Shown: positions 40,980-52,613 of the stretch, one piece after another | Position numbering within the stretch: position 1 is the stretch's first letter | How the letters are laid out: every line of letters starts with the position of its first letter | Source: Candidatus Bathyarchaeota archaeon | GTDB taxonomy: Archaea; Thermoproteota; Bathyarchaeia; Bathyarchaeales; Bathycorpusculaceae | DNA length: 64,000 nucleotides | Assembly: GCA_963720565.1 (NCBI GenBank) | Contig: CAVRFW010000002.1 | Location: forward strand, 32,001-96,000 | Reading direction: 5' to 3' | Position numbers and translations under genes: made by a program | The notes under the pieces: model-generated | What the model saw: only the letters and a program-made list of their open reading frames with translations | The model's database searches: none | Told to the model about the DNA's origin: nothing

Positions 40980-41408
40980 CTATGTTTTTCGATTTTCCTC
41001 TTTGAATCGTTGCAATCTGCCTTCGCATTCTTTCTGCAACCACAGCCATCGCTCCAGATACCATTTGTTACTCCAAATCTCTTGTTGCTCATTAAGCCAT
41101 TTTTCGGTCCCAATAGCCTTCTGTCTTTTAAGATTCTCTATCGCAGGCATATGGTGAAGCCAGATGGGACTGTAGCAGAACTGAATTAGTTTTGAGCAGG
41201 GCAATTCGTCGCACTCCTTGCAAGTATCAAAGCCCTTTTCCTCCACGCAACATCGGTGAATGTCACAGTTTTCACGATGTTCCAAACTCGCACACGATCC
41301 GCACATGCAGCTGCAGCCGTGGCAGCTCTCGCGCTTCAAAAAATCAACACAGACACCACAATAGAGACAACATGGCGCCGCCAGGTTCCGGTCATTTTTT
41401 TCGTTCAA
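40980..41408 (-). CDS. DUF3795 Cys-rich protein
   Basis: AAPCCLYCGVC...CHGC...CDIHRCC.EKG..TC.EC.ELPC; TTG 41408 after GTGAG. Confidence 0.85.
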   Translation of the reverse strand: MNEKNDRNLAAPCCLYCGVCVDFLKRESCHGCSCMCGSCASLEHRENCDIHRCCVEEKGFDTCKECDELPCSKLIQFCYSPIWLHHMPAIENLKRQKAIGTEKWLNEQQEIWSNKWYLERWLWLQKECEGRLQRFKEENRKT

Positions 41409-41484
41409 GCTAGAACTCACGCTGAACATAATAGCAACAGCAAATATATAATTCCCAGCTGGCGCACTCCAAGGAAAGAAGAAA

Positions 41485-41986
41485 ATGAAATCAGCAATCA
41501 AAATACGTAACTATCGAGACATCGATAAGGAAGCCTGCCGCTTGCTCTGGAGAGAGCTGACCGAGCGCCACAGAGAAATCTACCAAGAGCCAACAATCGG
41601 CGGCGAACATCCGGAAGAATATTTTGACAAATATCTGAACAAGGTTGGACCTGCAAGAATTTGGATTGCCATAATAGACTCGGAAGTTGTCGGACTAACT
41701 GGACTTGACGTCTCTGGCTACGAGGCAGAAATAGAACCCCTCATAGTCACAAAGGCACACAGAAACAAGGGAGTAGGAACCAAACTATTAGAAAAAGTCA
41801 TTGCTGAGGCACGCACGATCGGAATTAGCTTAAACGTTTCGCCAGTTGCAAGAAATGTTGAGGCCATTCGATTTTTCCACAAGGCAGGGTTCAACAAACT
41901 TGGAAGAGTCGCAGATGTTTATAGGTTTCTCAAACCGAACATGGAAACGATATTTGGAACTCTATGGATGCAAACTGAACTACTAG
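41485..41986 (+). CDS. GNAT acetyltransferase; probable indel near 41910
   Basis: IEPLIV..HRNKGVGTKLL, N..AIRFFHKAGF; alternative frame gives QMFIGFSNRTWKRYLELYGCKLNY. Confidence 0.85.
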
Positions 41987-42103
41987 ACGATAGCAAAGAA
42001 AATCATCATTGGCTCCGCAAAACTTGATTTAGCAAACCTGCGGGCTAAGCTTCCAAAAAAAGGTGGAAGACGAGACTGGAAATGAAACCACCCAAAACCA
42101 AGT

Positions 42104-42313
42104 TTATTTCTTTCTTTCTACAACGAATGCAATTTTCACGTTTGCCCTGTATTCAACGATTTTGTTTTTCTCAATAACTGCTTTGCAGCTTTTCACATAG
42201 ATAGACTTGATGTTGTCAACGGTCCTTGCAGCTTCTGCTAACGCATTCTTAACAGCGTCTTCCCAGTTGGTTTGAGAGCTACCTATCAGCTCAATTATTT
42301 TCACAACAGTCAT
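42104..42313 (-). CDS. Dodecin-family protein
   Basis: VVKIIELIGSS..NWEDAVKNAL.EA..TV......EYRANVKIAFVV. Confidence 0.9.
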   Translation of the reverse strand: MTVVKIIELIGSSQTNWEDAVKNALAEAARTVDNIKSIYVKSCKAVIEKNKIVEYRANVKIAFVVERKK

Positions 42314-42506
42314 ATCTCTCAACTCTGCAATAATTATTGGGTGCAAACTAGTTATTGTTTTTGGTCCAACCGCTATGCATGCAAAGCAAGTTTTTTTGGA
42401 AATGAACGAGATTTCTAGGTGCATCATATGGGTATAGTAACACTCGATCCCACGACTTGGTAATCGTTCAAATGGCAAATGCCTTGAAGATTCTCAAGGC
42501 TTGCAC

Positions 42507-42716
42507 TCAGAGCTTGAAAAACAAAGGATTCTTTGCTCCGCATTTGGAGCAGTAACGTTCTATCATAACTGTCCAATTTCCGCATACTTTGCATTTCGCC
42601 TGAATCTTCATACCACAGCTAGGGCAGAAATACTCATGGTCCTCTAGTGGAGTACAGTAAAGTAGCCTCCCCAAATCATAACGGCACCTTGGACAAACCT
42701 GTTCTGGTATTCCCAT
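42507..42716 (-). CDS. Double zinc-ribbon small protein
   Basis: CPRC, CPSCG, CKVCG, CSKCG. Confidence 0.75.
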   Translation of the reverse strand: MGIPEQVCPRCRYDLGRLLYCTPLEDHEYFCPSCGMKIQAKCKVCGNWTVMIERYCSKCGAKNPLFFKL

Positions 42717-43106
42717 AACGACACTACAATAGTCTTTAGATTGAAATGTCTTACGATTCAGGAGCGGGTAGTTCCAAGAATCATATTATCTACTTCGATA
42801 ACCAGTCAACTGGAATGTGAAACTGGGGTCATATCGTGTTAGATATCCTCATTGCATCGCAAAACGCGTGTGCTATTGATACGCGTTCAAGGCAGGAAAT
42901 CCGTTAACAGTTGCTTCAAATCCAGCAATATTCCATTTCAAGATGTGGATATCTCGATTAGCGTGCGCAGTAAGATGCGTATACCTCGCCTATCGTTAAG
43001 TAATCTTCTCCAAATTGAACCTTAATCCAAACCAAAATCAAGTCTGCAACCGCAAAAAATGCATAGGAAACATCTGCATTCCTAACGCGTGTTCGGAACA
43101 TGTTCC

Positions 43107-43859
43107 TCAGCTAATTATGGCAAGTAAACCAAGAGTTAGAATGAAACCCACGATTAATCCGAAAGAAGTCAAATGTTCGTGCCCATGCTCATGAGCTATT
43201 GGAATCAGCTCGTCCACAGTGATAAATACCATCACTCCTGCCGCGAAAGACAAGGCAAATGGGACCAATCCGGGCATAACAGTAAGAAGCAAAGCCGCAA
43301 CCACCGCCCCCAATGGTTCTGCCAACCCTGCAAGCAAAGCAATTCGAAACGCGGACCGCCTTGAAGTTCCGCTCATACGAAGAGGCAAAGCTATGGCTAT
43401 ACCTTCAGGTACGTTATGCAGCGCAATTGCCACGGCTATTATTAAGCCAATTTCCGGGGAAAAGAAATACCCTGAAGCGACAGCGATACCCTCCGGAAAA
43501 TTATGTAAAGTTATGCCGATGGCAATCAACGTGCCTTTCCTAAGCATTTTCGCATCAATAGCTCCTTTTTCACGCACTATGTGTGTGTGGGGCAAAAGAA
43601 AATCCAAGACGAAAAGCAAGACAGTGCCCGCAATAAAACCCACGGCTACTTGAAACAAACCGGATATTCTCAAGGAGTCAAACATAAGTTCCATAAACGA
43701 AAGCATTATCATCAAACCAGCAGCCAAACCTATCAAGAAAACAAAAAGGCGCTCCCCAGGTTTTCTTACAAGAACTACGAGTCCGCCTAGAGCCGTTCCT
43801 AAACCCGCTAGAGCGCTCAGCAAAATAATTACCGGGATATCAGCAGCCAACTGCACCAC
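43107..43859 (-). CDS. ZIP-family metal transporter (ZupT/GufA-like)
   Basis: LHNFPEG, LHNVPEG, EPLG, AAGVM..I.VDELIP. Confidence 0.95.
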   Translation of the reverse strand: MVQLAADIPVIILLSALAGLGTALGGLVVLVRKPGERLFVFLIGLAAGLMIMLSFMELMFDSLRISGLFQVAVGFIAGTVLLFVLDFLLPHTHIVREKGAIDAKMLRKGTLIAIGITLHNFPEGIAVASGYFFSPEIGLIIAVAIALHNVPEGIAIALPLRMSGTSRRSAFRIALLAGLAEPLGAVVAALLLTVMPGLVPFALSFAAGVMVFITVDELIPIAHEHGHEHLTSFGLIVGFILTLGLLAIIS

Positions 43860-44164
43860 TCGTTCTTATCTCTTCAAAACATTTCCAGCGACATTTCACT
43901 TAATATGTTTTGTGAACGATAAAGAAAACAAATGCAAGCATGTTTTCACTTTAACTAACCTCTGCTCAGTCTGGGTCAGTCGTTTGCTCGCTCCTCTTTT
44001 AAACCCTCCAAGCTTATGTTGTCCACGAGTTTGCGAGTCTTGCCATCCCCAGAAAAGAGTCCAACGCACAACATCTGTCTCTCCCGCATTGTCTCTTGTT
44101 TTCTGAGTGGAAAACAAGGAAAACGCCAAACTCCCCTCATTTTTCCCGCAAGCGGTGAAGTCTG

Positions 44165-44430
44165 TTGAGTGTGAAAGAGGTTTTCAGCTCAAAAATGAGA
44201 ATAAAAATTTTCAAACTGCTATTCACATACGGACAAATGAACACTTCGCGTCTCACCGAAAGTTGAGAACAGACCATAGACTTGCACTGAAACATCTGGA
44301 AATGCTAGAAGAGGAAGGCCTGGTTCAGCACAGAACAAGCGGGAGAACCTGGTTCTACAAGTTTGCCAACACCGTAGGAGCAAATGCTACTGCCAAGCTT
44401 CTTGAAGAATGGGAAACGAATAATGCTTAG
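44165..44430 (+). CDS. ArsR-type wHTH regulator; indel near 44257
   Basis: TTG after GGTGA gives MSVKEVFSSKMRIKIFKLLFTYGQMNTSRLT, joining ..KHLEMLEEEGLV..TSGRTWFYKF. Confidence 0.75.
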
Positions 44431-44551
44431 AGCGTGCCCAAATAGGAAAAAGCAGACTTCAAATAATCAATATGCGCAAACAAAGAAATTCCTGAATAAA
44501 AGAAGCGAAGGTAAATAGCAAGTTAACCCAGCCGAAACAAAAGGTTTGCTC

Positions 44552-44614
44552 TCACCATTCGTCTCCTTCTTCATCCCAACCTTCATCGTCTTCAACGTAC
44601 TCTTCATCTGACAT
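44552..44614 (-). CDS. 20-aa acidic peptide MSDEEYVEDDEGWDEEGDEW
   Basis: Read by hand; GAGGTG RBS 7 nt upstream; BRE/TATA-like GAAAAGATTTAGTAA upstream. Confidence 0.6.
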   Translation of the reverse strand: MSDEEYVEDDEGWDEEGDEW

Positions 44615-44755
44615 CCGCAAACACCTCACACGCAGCGGTATGGCAATGGAAGTTACTAAATCTTTTCATAACAAGGAAACTAATAAAAACACATACTAAC
44701 TAGCGAGAGTTTGCATTGAAAGTGAGTAAGAAATTGATGATTTTGTCCATCGTGT

Positions 44756-45394
44756 TTATTGAATAGTTGCCAAGTAGTGCGCTATCCCAAGCAGAATGAA
44801 TTGAACGGCTATAGCCGCTAGCAAAAGAGACATGACTCGCGCAATAACCACTGATCCTGTTTTACCTAATACCTTGTAGATTGGATTGATATATCGCAAG
44901 ATGAGCCAAGTGAAAAGCATAACAATCAAGACTGAAACAATTGAAACGAGAATGCCATAGGTCTGAAAGTTAAGTATTGTCGTGGTTATGGCACCCGGAC
45001 CCACAAGAAGAGGCATGGCAATGGGAACTGCTCCAAGACCCTCCACCGACTCAGTACTCTCGTAAAGTGAACCCGAAACCAGAATTTTCATCGACGTAAT
45101 CAAGAGGAGAAGCCCACCAGCAACTTGAAAACTGTTAATCGAGATTCCAAAAATAAGAAATATTTCTTGACCGGTAAAGGCAAACACAAGCAGAAGGGCT
45201 ATTCCAACAATGATAGCTGTGTTAAAAATTTTCCTGCGTTCAGCATCAGTCAATTTCTCGGTTAGTCCCATAAAAATAGGAACGTTTCCAAAAGGATCCA
45301 CAATAATGAATAAGACAATGGCGGCCTTTACGACGTTTCCAAGCGTGCTGACTATCGCTTCGGACATAGAACCATCGGTAATCATATTTGGCAT
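44756..45394 (-). CDS. MarC-family membrane protein
   Basis: IVDPFGNVPIF, FQVAGGLLL, VPIAMPLLVGPGAITT. Confidence 0.95.
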   Translation of the reverse strand: MPNMITDGSMSEAIVSTLGNVVKAAIVLFIIVDPFGNVPIFMGLTEKLTDAERRKIFNTAIIVGIALLLVFAFTGQEIFLIFGISINSFQVAGGLLLLITSMKILVSGSLYESTESVEGLGAVPIAMPLLVGPGAITTTILNFQTYGILVSIVSVLIVMLFTWLILRYINPIYKVLGKTGSVVIARVMSLLLAAIAVQFILLGIAHYLATIQ

Positions 45395-45513
45395 GAACTA
45401 AATAAAAGCGTTAACCAGAAGCCCAGCAAAAACCTGGCTATCTAATGTATTAACTTTTTCAGCGAGAACTGAAATCAGTTCCTGCAGAGCGGGTTTTGGC
45501 AAGCGACTGAGCA

Positions 45514-45864
45514 TCACATTTCATAATCTGTGCTTCTTTCAGGCAAAATCTTCAGCAGTTTCACAATTTTGGCCTCGTCCACATCCTCTAGCGAATAAAA
45601 CTTGACGTGCCTCATTATCTTGCCTTTACCTTCGAGCAACGCCATATGGTTCTCCGACAAGCCTTTCACTGAAAATCCCAGGTTCACGTGGTCTCTTAGA
45701 GCAACTACATAGAATTTGCCTTCATACCAAGGCACCCCCATTTTAACCTCTTCTTTGATAGTCGGGAAGGTCTTAAGAATAATACTTCTTAACCGCTGAA
45801 TAATCTCCCTCATCGGAGACTTCTGTTTTTGCGCATACTCTCCTACATCCAAGTCTTTTTTCAC
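45514..45864 (-). CDS. DUF1801 protein
   Basis: LRSII...P.IKEEVKMGVPWY...HVNLGF...LEGKGKIMRHVKF. Confidence 0.85.
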   Translation of the reverse strand: MKKDLDVGEYAQKQKSPMREIIQRLRSIILKTFPTIKEEVKMGVPWYEGKFYVVALRDHVNLGFSVKGLSENHMALLEGKGKIMRHVKFYSLEDVDEAKIVKLLKILPERSTDYEM

Positions 45865-47579
45865 CAGTCTTCGGATTATCTTTCAAGTCACAAATAAACG
45901 TGATGTTTACAGTTGAAACCATCTCTGAGTTTAGCGAGATCTTATCAAAACCGCCTTTTTCGCTTTTCCCACCCAACTCGGGTTGGAACTCGTTTCTTAT
46001 TTTCATCTCTCGTCGCTTCTTGTTGTATCCCAAGGCGTAGCCATGCGTGGCGTCCCTTATCTGCCTAACCAGAAGCATCATTCGACTTTTTGAGTCAAAC
46101 TTGTGTGGCAAAGCGTCATCAGGCAAGTAGATCTCCTCACGTTCTTTCGCCAAGCCAATCAGAGGAAGTTGCAATCCAAGCTTTTGCAGAGCTTTTTTCG
46201 CTGCGGATACTTGCCCATGGCCACCGTCAACGATTATCAAGTCCGGCAATGAAGCTTTCTCGTCTAGAAGGCGTTTGTATCTCCTTGTTACTATTTCGTT
46301 GATGCTTGCGAAATCGTCCTGCCCCGGAGCAGTCTTGATTCTGAACCTGCGGTAGTTGCGTTTATCTGGTTTGGCTGTCTGTAAATCGCACCATGCCTGC
46401 GACGACGTGCTCAACTCCCAAGTTGGAGACATCAAAGCATTCAATTACGCGGGGAAGTAATGGAAGACTAAGGGCAGTCTGCAAATCAACCAAAGCACTG
46501 TCCTCATCCAAAGCGGATTCAATGTTTTTCTCAACAAGCTTGATTAATCCGTGTTTGTCGCCTCTTTTGGGAACAGTCAGAGTAACATTCCCACGCCTCT
46601 TCGAAGAAAGAAACTCCTCCAAAGCCTTCTTCTCTGAAAAATCCACCCAGCATTGCGTATTTAGCAAAATTTCCCTTGGAATCTGATTCACGGAGTAGAA
46701 AGCCTTCAAGAAGTCTTGTTCGACCTGTGGCTGCAAATCCATGGAAAACTCCTTTTTCCCAAGCAGTACACCTTTTCTTATGCCCATTTGAACCGCAAGA
46801 ACCTTCTCTCCGAACCGTCTGAAAGCTAAAACATCCTGATCAAACCGTCTCTCGTTGTCCACTATCTGACGCTCCGTGAGAAGCCTAATGGAGGCAATTT
46901 GATTGCGCAATTCAAGAGCACGCTCGAATTTCTGCTCTTTAGAAGCAATGTTCATCTGCAGGAGAAGAATCTCCATGGTTTTCTCATAATTGCCATTCAA
47001 GAAGAAGCGAGCCAACTCAACCTGTTCTGCGTATTGTACATTAGTGACATTTCCTACACACGGTGCAGTGCAAAGACCAATGTGAAAGTTGAGGCATGCT
47101 CTCTTCGGAAATTTCTTGCAGACCCGGAGCTTGAAAATTCTAACAACGAGCCTCTGCAAATCTTGTCTTGTGAAACCGTCTGTGTAGGGTCCAAACGACT
47201 CCAGTTTCCGGGAGATCTTCCTGCTGGTCAATATTCTGGGAAAGTCTTCTCTGGTTAGGGCAATGTAAGCAAACGTCTTTGCGTCTTTGAGATTGATGTT
47301 GTACTTAGGCATGTGCTGTTTGACAAGCTTGTTCTCGAGCAGAAGGGCTTCAACCTCATTGTTCACAACAATCCAATCAATACAGCGGACTCTAGATACA
47401 AGATGCCTAGTCTTGGCCGGCTGTTCAGATTCGGAGAAATATGTTCGGACGCGGGAACGGAGGTTTTTCGCCTTCCCGATGTAGAGCACTTCTTCTTTTT
47501 CATCCTTGAACAGGTAGACTCCTGGATTTGCAGGGATGCTGGCGCTCTTGAATTCTGAAGGATTGACTAGAGGTATCAA
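45773..47579 (-). CDS. uvrC: Excinuclease ABC subunit C; frameshifted near 46375, 3' end uncertain, no HhH tail
   Basis: [16 protein letters not shown] (GIY-YIG), UVR motif, [29 protein letters not shown]. Confidence 0.95.
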
Positions 47580-50499
47580 CTGGAAGGCTCCGCCACACCA
47601 CTTGCTCTCGAAAGACCTAGTTGGAGTACTCTTCGCAAGAAGCAACCAGTGTATGAGTGTATGTTTCCAGCAACCTCTTCAGGTGTGCCCTGCGCGAGAA
47701 TTTCTCCACCAGATTCTCCGCCTTCAGGACCCAAATCGATTATGTGGTCACAGCTCTTTATCACGTCCAAGTTGTGCTCTATGACATACACCGTGTTTCC
47801 CTTCGCAACAAGCCTGTTCAATACCGCTATTAACCTCTTAGCATCGTCAAAATGAAGACCTGTTGTCGGCTCATCAAGCATGTAGACAACATGACCAGAT
47901 TTGTGCTTGCTGAGTTCACGAGTTATTTTGATGCGTTGGCTTTCGCCTCCTGAAAGCGTGGTTGAACTCTGCCCAAGTTTTATGTAGCCTAAACCGACAT
48001 CGAGAAGTGTCTGCAGTTTCCTGGCAAGCAGAGGTATGTTCTCGAAAAATTGGGCTGCCTCTTCTACCGTCATATCCAATACTTCTGCAATGTTCTTTCC
48101 CTTGTACAGAACACTGAGCGTTTCCGTATTGTAACGTTTACCCTTACAGTCACTGCATTGCACATAGACGTCGGGAAGAAAGTTCATCTCGATTCGAAGC
48201 ACACCGTCGCCTTGACAAGTTTCACATCTTCCTCCTTTCACGTTGAAACTGAATCGTCCCGGGTTGTAGCCGCGCGTCTTGGCTTCTTTTGTAGAAGCGA
48301 AAATCCGCCTTATTTCGTCGAAGAGTTTAGTGTATGTTGCAGGGTTACTACGCGGTGTTCTTCCAATGGGGTCCTGGTCGATGACTATGACGTTGTTTAC
48401 GAATCTTGGAACACTGATGGTTTCGTGCTTACCAATTTTGTCAATTCTCTCACCGAACATCTCCCTTAACACGGGCATAACAGTCTGATTCATCAGTGTG
48501 CTCTTCCCCGACCCTGAAACACCTGCAATTCCACATAGTACTCCCAAAGGAAGATTGACAGTAAGGTTCTTCAGATTGTTCTCTTTTGCCCCAGTAATCG
48601 TGATAAAACCACAAGGTTTCCGCCTCTCCTCAGGCACCTCAATTCTTAACTCGCCTGAAAGGTATTTGCCAGTGATACTTTTTCGGTTCTTCATGATTTC
48701 TTCCGGAACACCTGCAGATACTATGTGTCCACCGTGGACCCCTGCCCCAGGACCCATATCCACAACATAGTCTGCACTCCGTATGGTTTCTTCATCATGC
48801 TCCACCACAATCAAAGTATTACCTAGATTCCGAAGCCGATGCAGAGTGCTGATGAGTTTGGCATTATCCCTTTGGTGAAGCCCTATACTAGGCTCGTCAA
48901 GGATGTACAGGACACCCATGAGGTTGCTGCCAATTTGCGTAGCTAGCCGAATTCTCTGGGCTTCACCTCCTGAAAGCGTCCTAGCAGCCCTAGAAAGTGA
49001 AAGGTATCCCAAGCCAACATTCTTCAGGAAGCCTAATCGCTCGTTGATTTCCTTGAGTACCTGCTTGGCGATTATCAGTCTCTTTCTCGTTCAGCTGAGA
49101 AGGCAAATTGGCGAAGAAATCCACCGCCTGTTCAATCGACAGATCCGTAACGTCGATGATGTTCTTGTTCTAGAATATGCACCGCAAGCACAACTGGTTT
49201 CAAGCGTTTCCCATTGCAGGAATTGCAAGGACTGGACTTCATGAACTTCTCAATTTCTTCTTTTCGCCACTCACTCTCAGTTTGGCGATAGAGCCTCATC
49301 GTTTGAGGAATAACACCTTCCCAACCCTCGCGCATCCACATGTTGGCTCCGTTTGACCAGTTCCCATTAATGGGCTCTTTATCCCCGTAAAGAAGTACTG
49401 CAAGTTGCTTTTCAGTGAAATCCTTTATCGGGGTAAAAACGTCAAACCCGTGCCTCTTTCCTACCATGGCCAGTTGCTGTGCACGCCAACTTAGGTCCAT
49501 CCTTCCGTAAACCGCTAAAGCACCATCCATAATCGACTTGCTTCTGTCCGGCACGATTAGGTCTTCAGAGACCTCGGTGATTTCGCCCAACCCATGACAC
49601 GATGGACAAGCACCGAAAGGAGAGTTGAACGAAAACATGCGCGGTTCAAGACTTTCAAAGACGATTTCGGGATGATTGGGACAAGCACCAAAAGTGCTTA
49701 ACACAGCCTCATCTTCAAAACGCGTCATTTCCTTTTTCTTATCTGCAACCGCGTTTTCCGCATCAATGACTATCATAGTCCCTTTGCCAACTAGCAGGGA
49801 CTGCTCCACGGCTTCCACAATTCGAGAGCGCTCCTCATCCCCGATTTTAACAGTGTCTACGACCGCTTCGATCCAATGCTTTTCGTACCTTACAAGCTTA
49901 ACTTCCTCTTTAACAGACTCGGACTGGTAGATCTGCTGGTCTACCCTGATTTTGGTAAATCCTTCTTTCTTCAAATCATCAAATACTTGTTCATGAGTTC
50001 CTTTCATTCCCCTAATAACAGGAGCTAGAAAAATCAGCGCCTTGCCTTTTTCAGTTGCCATTACTAGATTGGCTATGTTTTCAGGACTTCGAGGATGTAT
50101 AGCGCTTCCGCACTTTGGACAATGGTGCGTTCCTATCCTGGCGAAGAGCAACCGAAGATAGTCATAAATCTCCGTGACTGTTCCGACGGTCGAACGGGGA
50201 TTCTTGCTTGTGCTTTTTTGCTCTATTGAAATAGCAGGAGACAAACCATCTATAGAATCCACATCGGGTTTGTCCATTAAACCCAAGAATTGCCTAGCGT
50301 AGGCACTGAGGCTTTCGACGTATCTCCTTTGGCCTTCAGCGTAAATAGTGTCAAAAGCCAAGGTAGACTTCCCTGAACCTGAAAGACCAGTGATAACGAT
50401 TAGCTTGTTTCGTGGCAGTTCCACATCTATGTTTTTGAGATTATGCTCTCGAGCGCCCTTGACAGAAATCGTGTCCCGCATCGCTACCCTCATCCCCAA
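47576..50499 (-). CDS. uvrA: Excinuclease ABC subunit A; two 1-nt insertions near 49080 and 49171
   Basis: [55 protein letters not shown]. Confidence 0.97.
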
Positions 50500-50550
50500 A
50501 TTATTTTTTGATGAATCCTACCGTGTAACAACCTAAGCATTAGAACTTTT

Positions 50551-52521
50551 TTATCCCATACGTGTCTTCTCGATGGGGGTGCTGTTCCGCTTCTCTTTAA
50601 GATCAAGAGTCCGTGTCAGTTCCGCGATTGCATCTCTGAACTCGATCGCTTTCTCGAAATCCAATTTTTCAGCAGCCTCTTTCATTCGAGCATCAAACTC
50701 AACAATCTGGTTATGAATGTCTGACACAGCAAGGTGCTTAGCACCTCTTATCTTGCCCTCCTTGTGGGAAACACCTTTCACTATCGTTCGAGGTGTTATC
50801 CCGTGAACACTGTTGAAACGCATCTGGAACTTGCGACGGTATTTGGTGATTTCCACAGCGCGCTTAATCGATCGAGTTTTCACGTCAGCATAGAGTACTA
50901 CTCGGCCATTGACGTTTCGTGCTGCCCGCCCTATTGTTTGGATGAGACTGCGTTCGTCTCTCAGGAAGCCTTCTTTGTCTGCGTCTAAGATGAATATGGT
51001 AGCCACTTCCGGAATGTCCAAACCTTCCCGAAGTAGATTGATGCCCACTAGGATATCGAATTCTCCTACGCGGAGTTGGCGGACAAGTTCTATGCGGTCA
51101 AGGCTTTCAATTTCGGAGTGAAGATACCTTACTCGGAAGCCCTCTTTGGCAAGATAATTCGACAGGTCCTCAGCCATACGCTTCGTGAGTGTCGTAATCA
51201 ATATGCGGTCACCCTTATCAATCGTTTTCTTTGCCTCTTGCATGAGGTGCTGCATCTGTCCTTCAATGCTATGTAGTTCTACTTCAGGGTCAAGCAGACC
51301 TGTAGGGCGCGTGATGACTTCTACTGGCGGGCCACTCTTTTCTAGTTCGTATTCGGCTGGAGTGGCTGAAACAAAGAGGGTTTTGCCCATCTTTTTTTCG
51401 AATTCTTCGAACTTGAGGGGGCGATTGTCGAACGCGCTGGGGAGGCGAAAGCCATAGTCAACTAGATTTTTCTTTCGTGCATAGTCGCCATTGTACATTG
51501 CTCGGGACTGAGGGATAGTCTGGTGACTCTCGTCGATTATGAGAAGATAATCTTTCGGGAAGTAGTCAATGAGAACGAAAGGCGGTTCACCCGGGTTGCG
51601 TCCGTCGAAATGCCGACTGTAATTCTCGATTCCCGCACAAAAACCTATTTCATTGATCATTTCTAAATCGTAGTTGGTTCTTTGTTTGAGACGTTGCGCT
51701 TCTAGCGGTGGAAGTTCTTCAAGCCTATGGACGAGCTCTTGCTTTATTTTTCCGAGTGCACGCTGCTGTTTTTCCTCAGGAACCACATATTGACGGGCTG
51801 GATAAAGCGTAACCCTATCGACCACGAGCTTCGTGTCACCTGTCAACGCCTCAACCTCCTTGATTTGCCTGACTCTTCCCATTTCAAGCTCGACACGAAT
51901 GATATCGTTCTCGTAGGCTGGAACCACATCCACAGTGTCTCCTCTTACACGAAACCTGCCCGGTTCAAGAAAAGAATCATTACGCTCGTACTGCATATCG
52001 ATTAGCGAATGTATGAGGTTTTGACGATTGACTTCTTCTCCTAACTCCAAAGTGACAGCCATTGTTTTGTAGTCTTCAGGATTCCCAAGGCTGTAGATGC
52101 AGCTAATACTGGAAACAATGATTGTGTCTTCGCGACTTACGATGCTGGATACCGCGTGCATACGCATTTTCTCAATTTGTTCGTTCACGCTGGAGTCCTT
52201 TTCGATGTAAGTGTCAGTTGTCGGGAGATAGGACTCTGGCTGGTAATAATCGTAGAAGCTTATGAAATACTCGACACGATTATTTGGAAAAAGCGCCTTG
52301 AGTTCAGCATAGAGCTGCGCGGCCAACGTTTTGTTATGCGCTATTATGAGAGTAGGTTTCTGCAAACGATTAATCACATTTGCCATAACAAAGGTTTTGC
52401 CGCAGCCTGTGATTCCCAGCAGTGTTTGTTTTTGCTTCCTTGAGAAGTCCTCAACGATCTTCTGCACTGCTGCCTCTTGACCCGGTGAAGGTTCAAAAGG
52501 CGCCTTCAGCTCAAACTGCAC
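50551..52521 (-). CDS. uvrB: Excinuclease ABC subunit B
   Basis: GITGCGKT, HNKTLAAQLY, YDYYQPE, DESH, GINLLREGLDIPE, QTIGRAARN, C-terminal UVR. Confidence 0.98.
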   Translation of the reverse strand: MQFELKAPFEPSPGQEAAVQKIVEDFSRKQKQTLLGITGCGKTFVMANVINRLQKPTLIIAHNKTLAAQLYAELKALFPNNRVEYFISFYDYYQPESYLPTTDTYIEKDSSVNEQIEKMRMHAVSSIVSREDTIIVSSISCIYSLGNPEDYKTMAVTLELGEEVNRQNLIHSLIDMQYERNDSFLEPGRFRVRGDTVDVVPAYENDIIRVELEMGRVRQIKEVEALTGDTKLVVDRVTLYPARQYVVPEEKQQRALGKIKQELVHRLEELPPLEAQRLKQRTNYDLEMINEIGFCAGIENYSRHFDGRNPGEPPFVLIDYFPKDYLLIIDESHQTIPQSRAMYNGDYARKKNLVDYGFRLPSAFDNRPLKFEEFEKKMGKTLFVSATPAEYELEKSGPPVEVITRPTGLLDPEVELHSIEGQMQHLMQEAKKTIDKGDRILITTLTKRMAEDLSNYLAKEGFRVRYLHSEIESLDRIELVRQLRVGEFDILVGINLLREGLDIPEVATIFILDADKEGFLRDERSLIQTIGRAARNVNGRVVLYADVKTRSIKRAVEITKYRRKFQMRFNSVHGITPRTIVKGVSHKEGKIRGAKHLAVSDIHNQIVEFDARMKEAAEKLDFEKAIEFRDAIAELTRTLDLKEKRNSTPIEKTRMG

Positions 52522-52613
52522 TCTTCTCCCCCGTGGCGCAACAAGAAGTATTCACAAGCGATTTAAGGACTTATAAGAGTTTGCGGAAATATATCTAAAA
52601 TCTCACAGGCTAA

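Noticed and set aside
42314..42478. N-terminal extension of dodecin (similarly 11685-11879 and 41409-41501)
   Set aside because: RBS positions and family lengths favour the internal starts
42481..42500. Inverted repeat GCCTTGA-N6-TCAAGGC
   Set aside because: Directly after a stop codon; most likely an ordinary 3' hairpin
24310..49180. Programmed frameshifting in glgB, uvrA and uvrC
   Set aside because: No common slippery site; indels go in different directions; sequencing error is the simpler explanation
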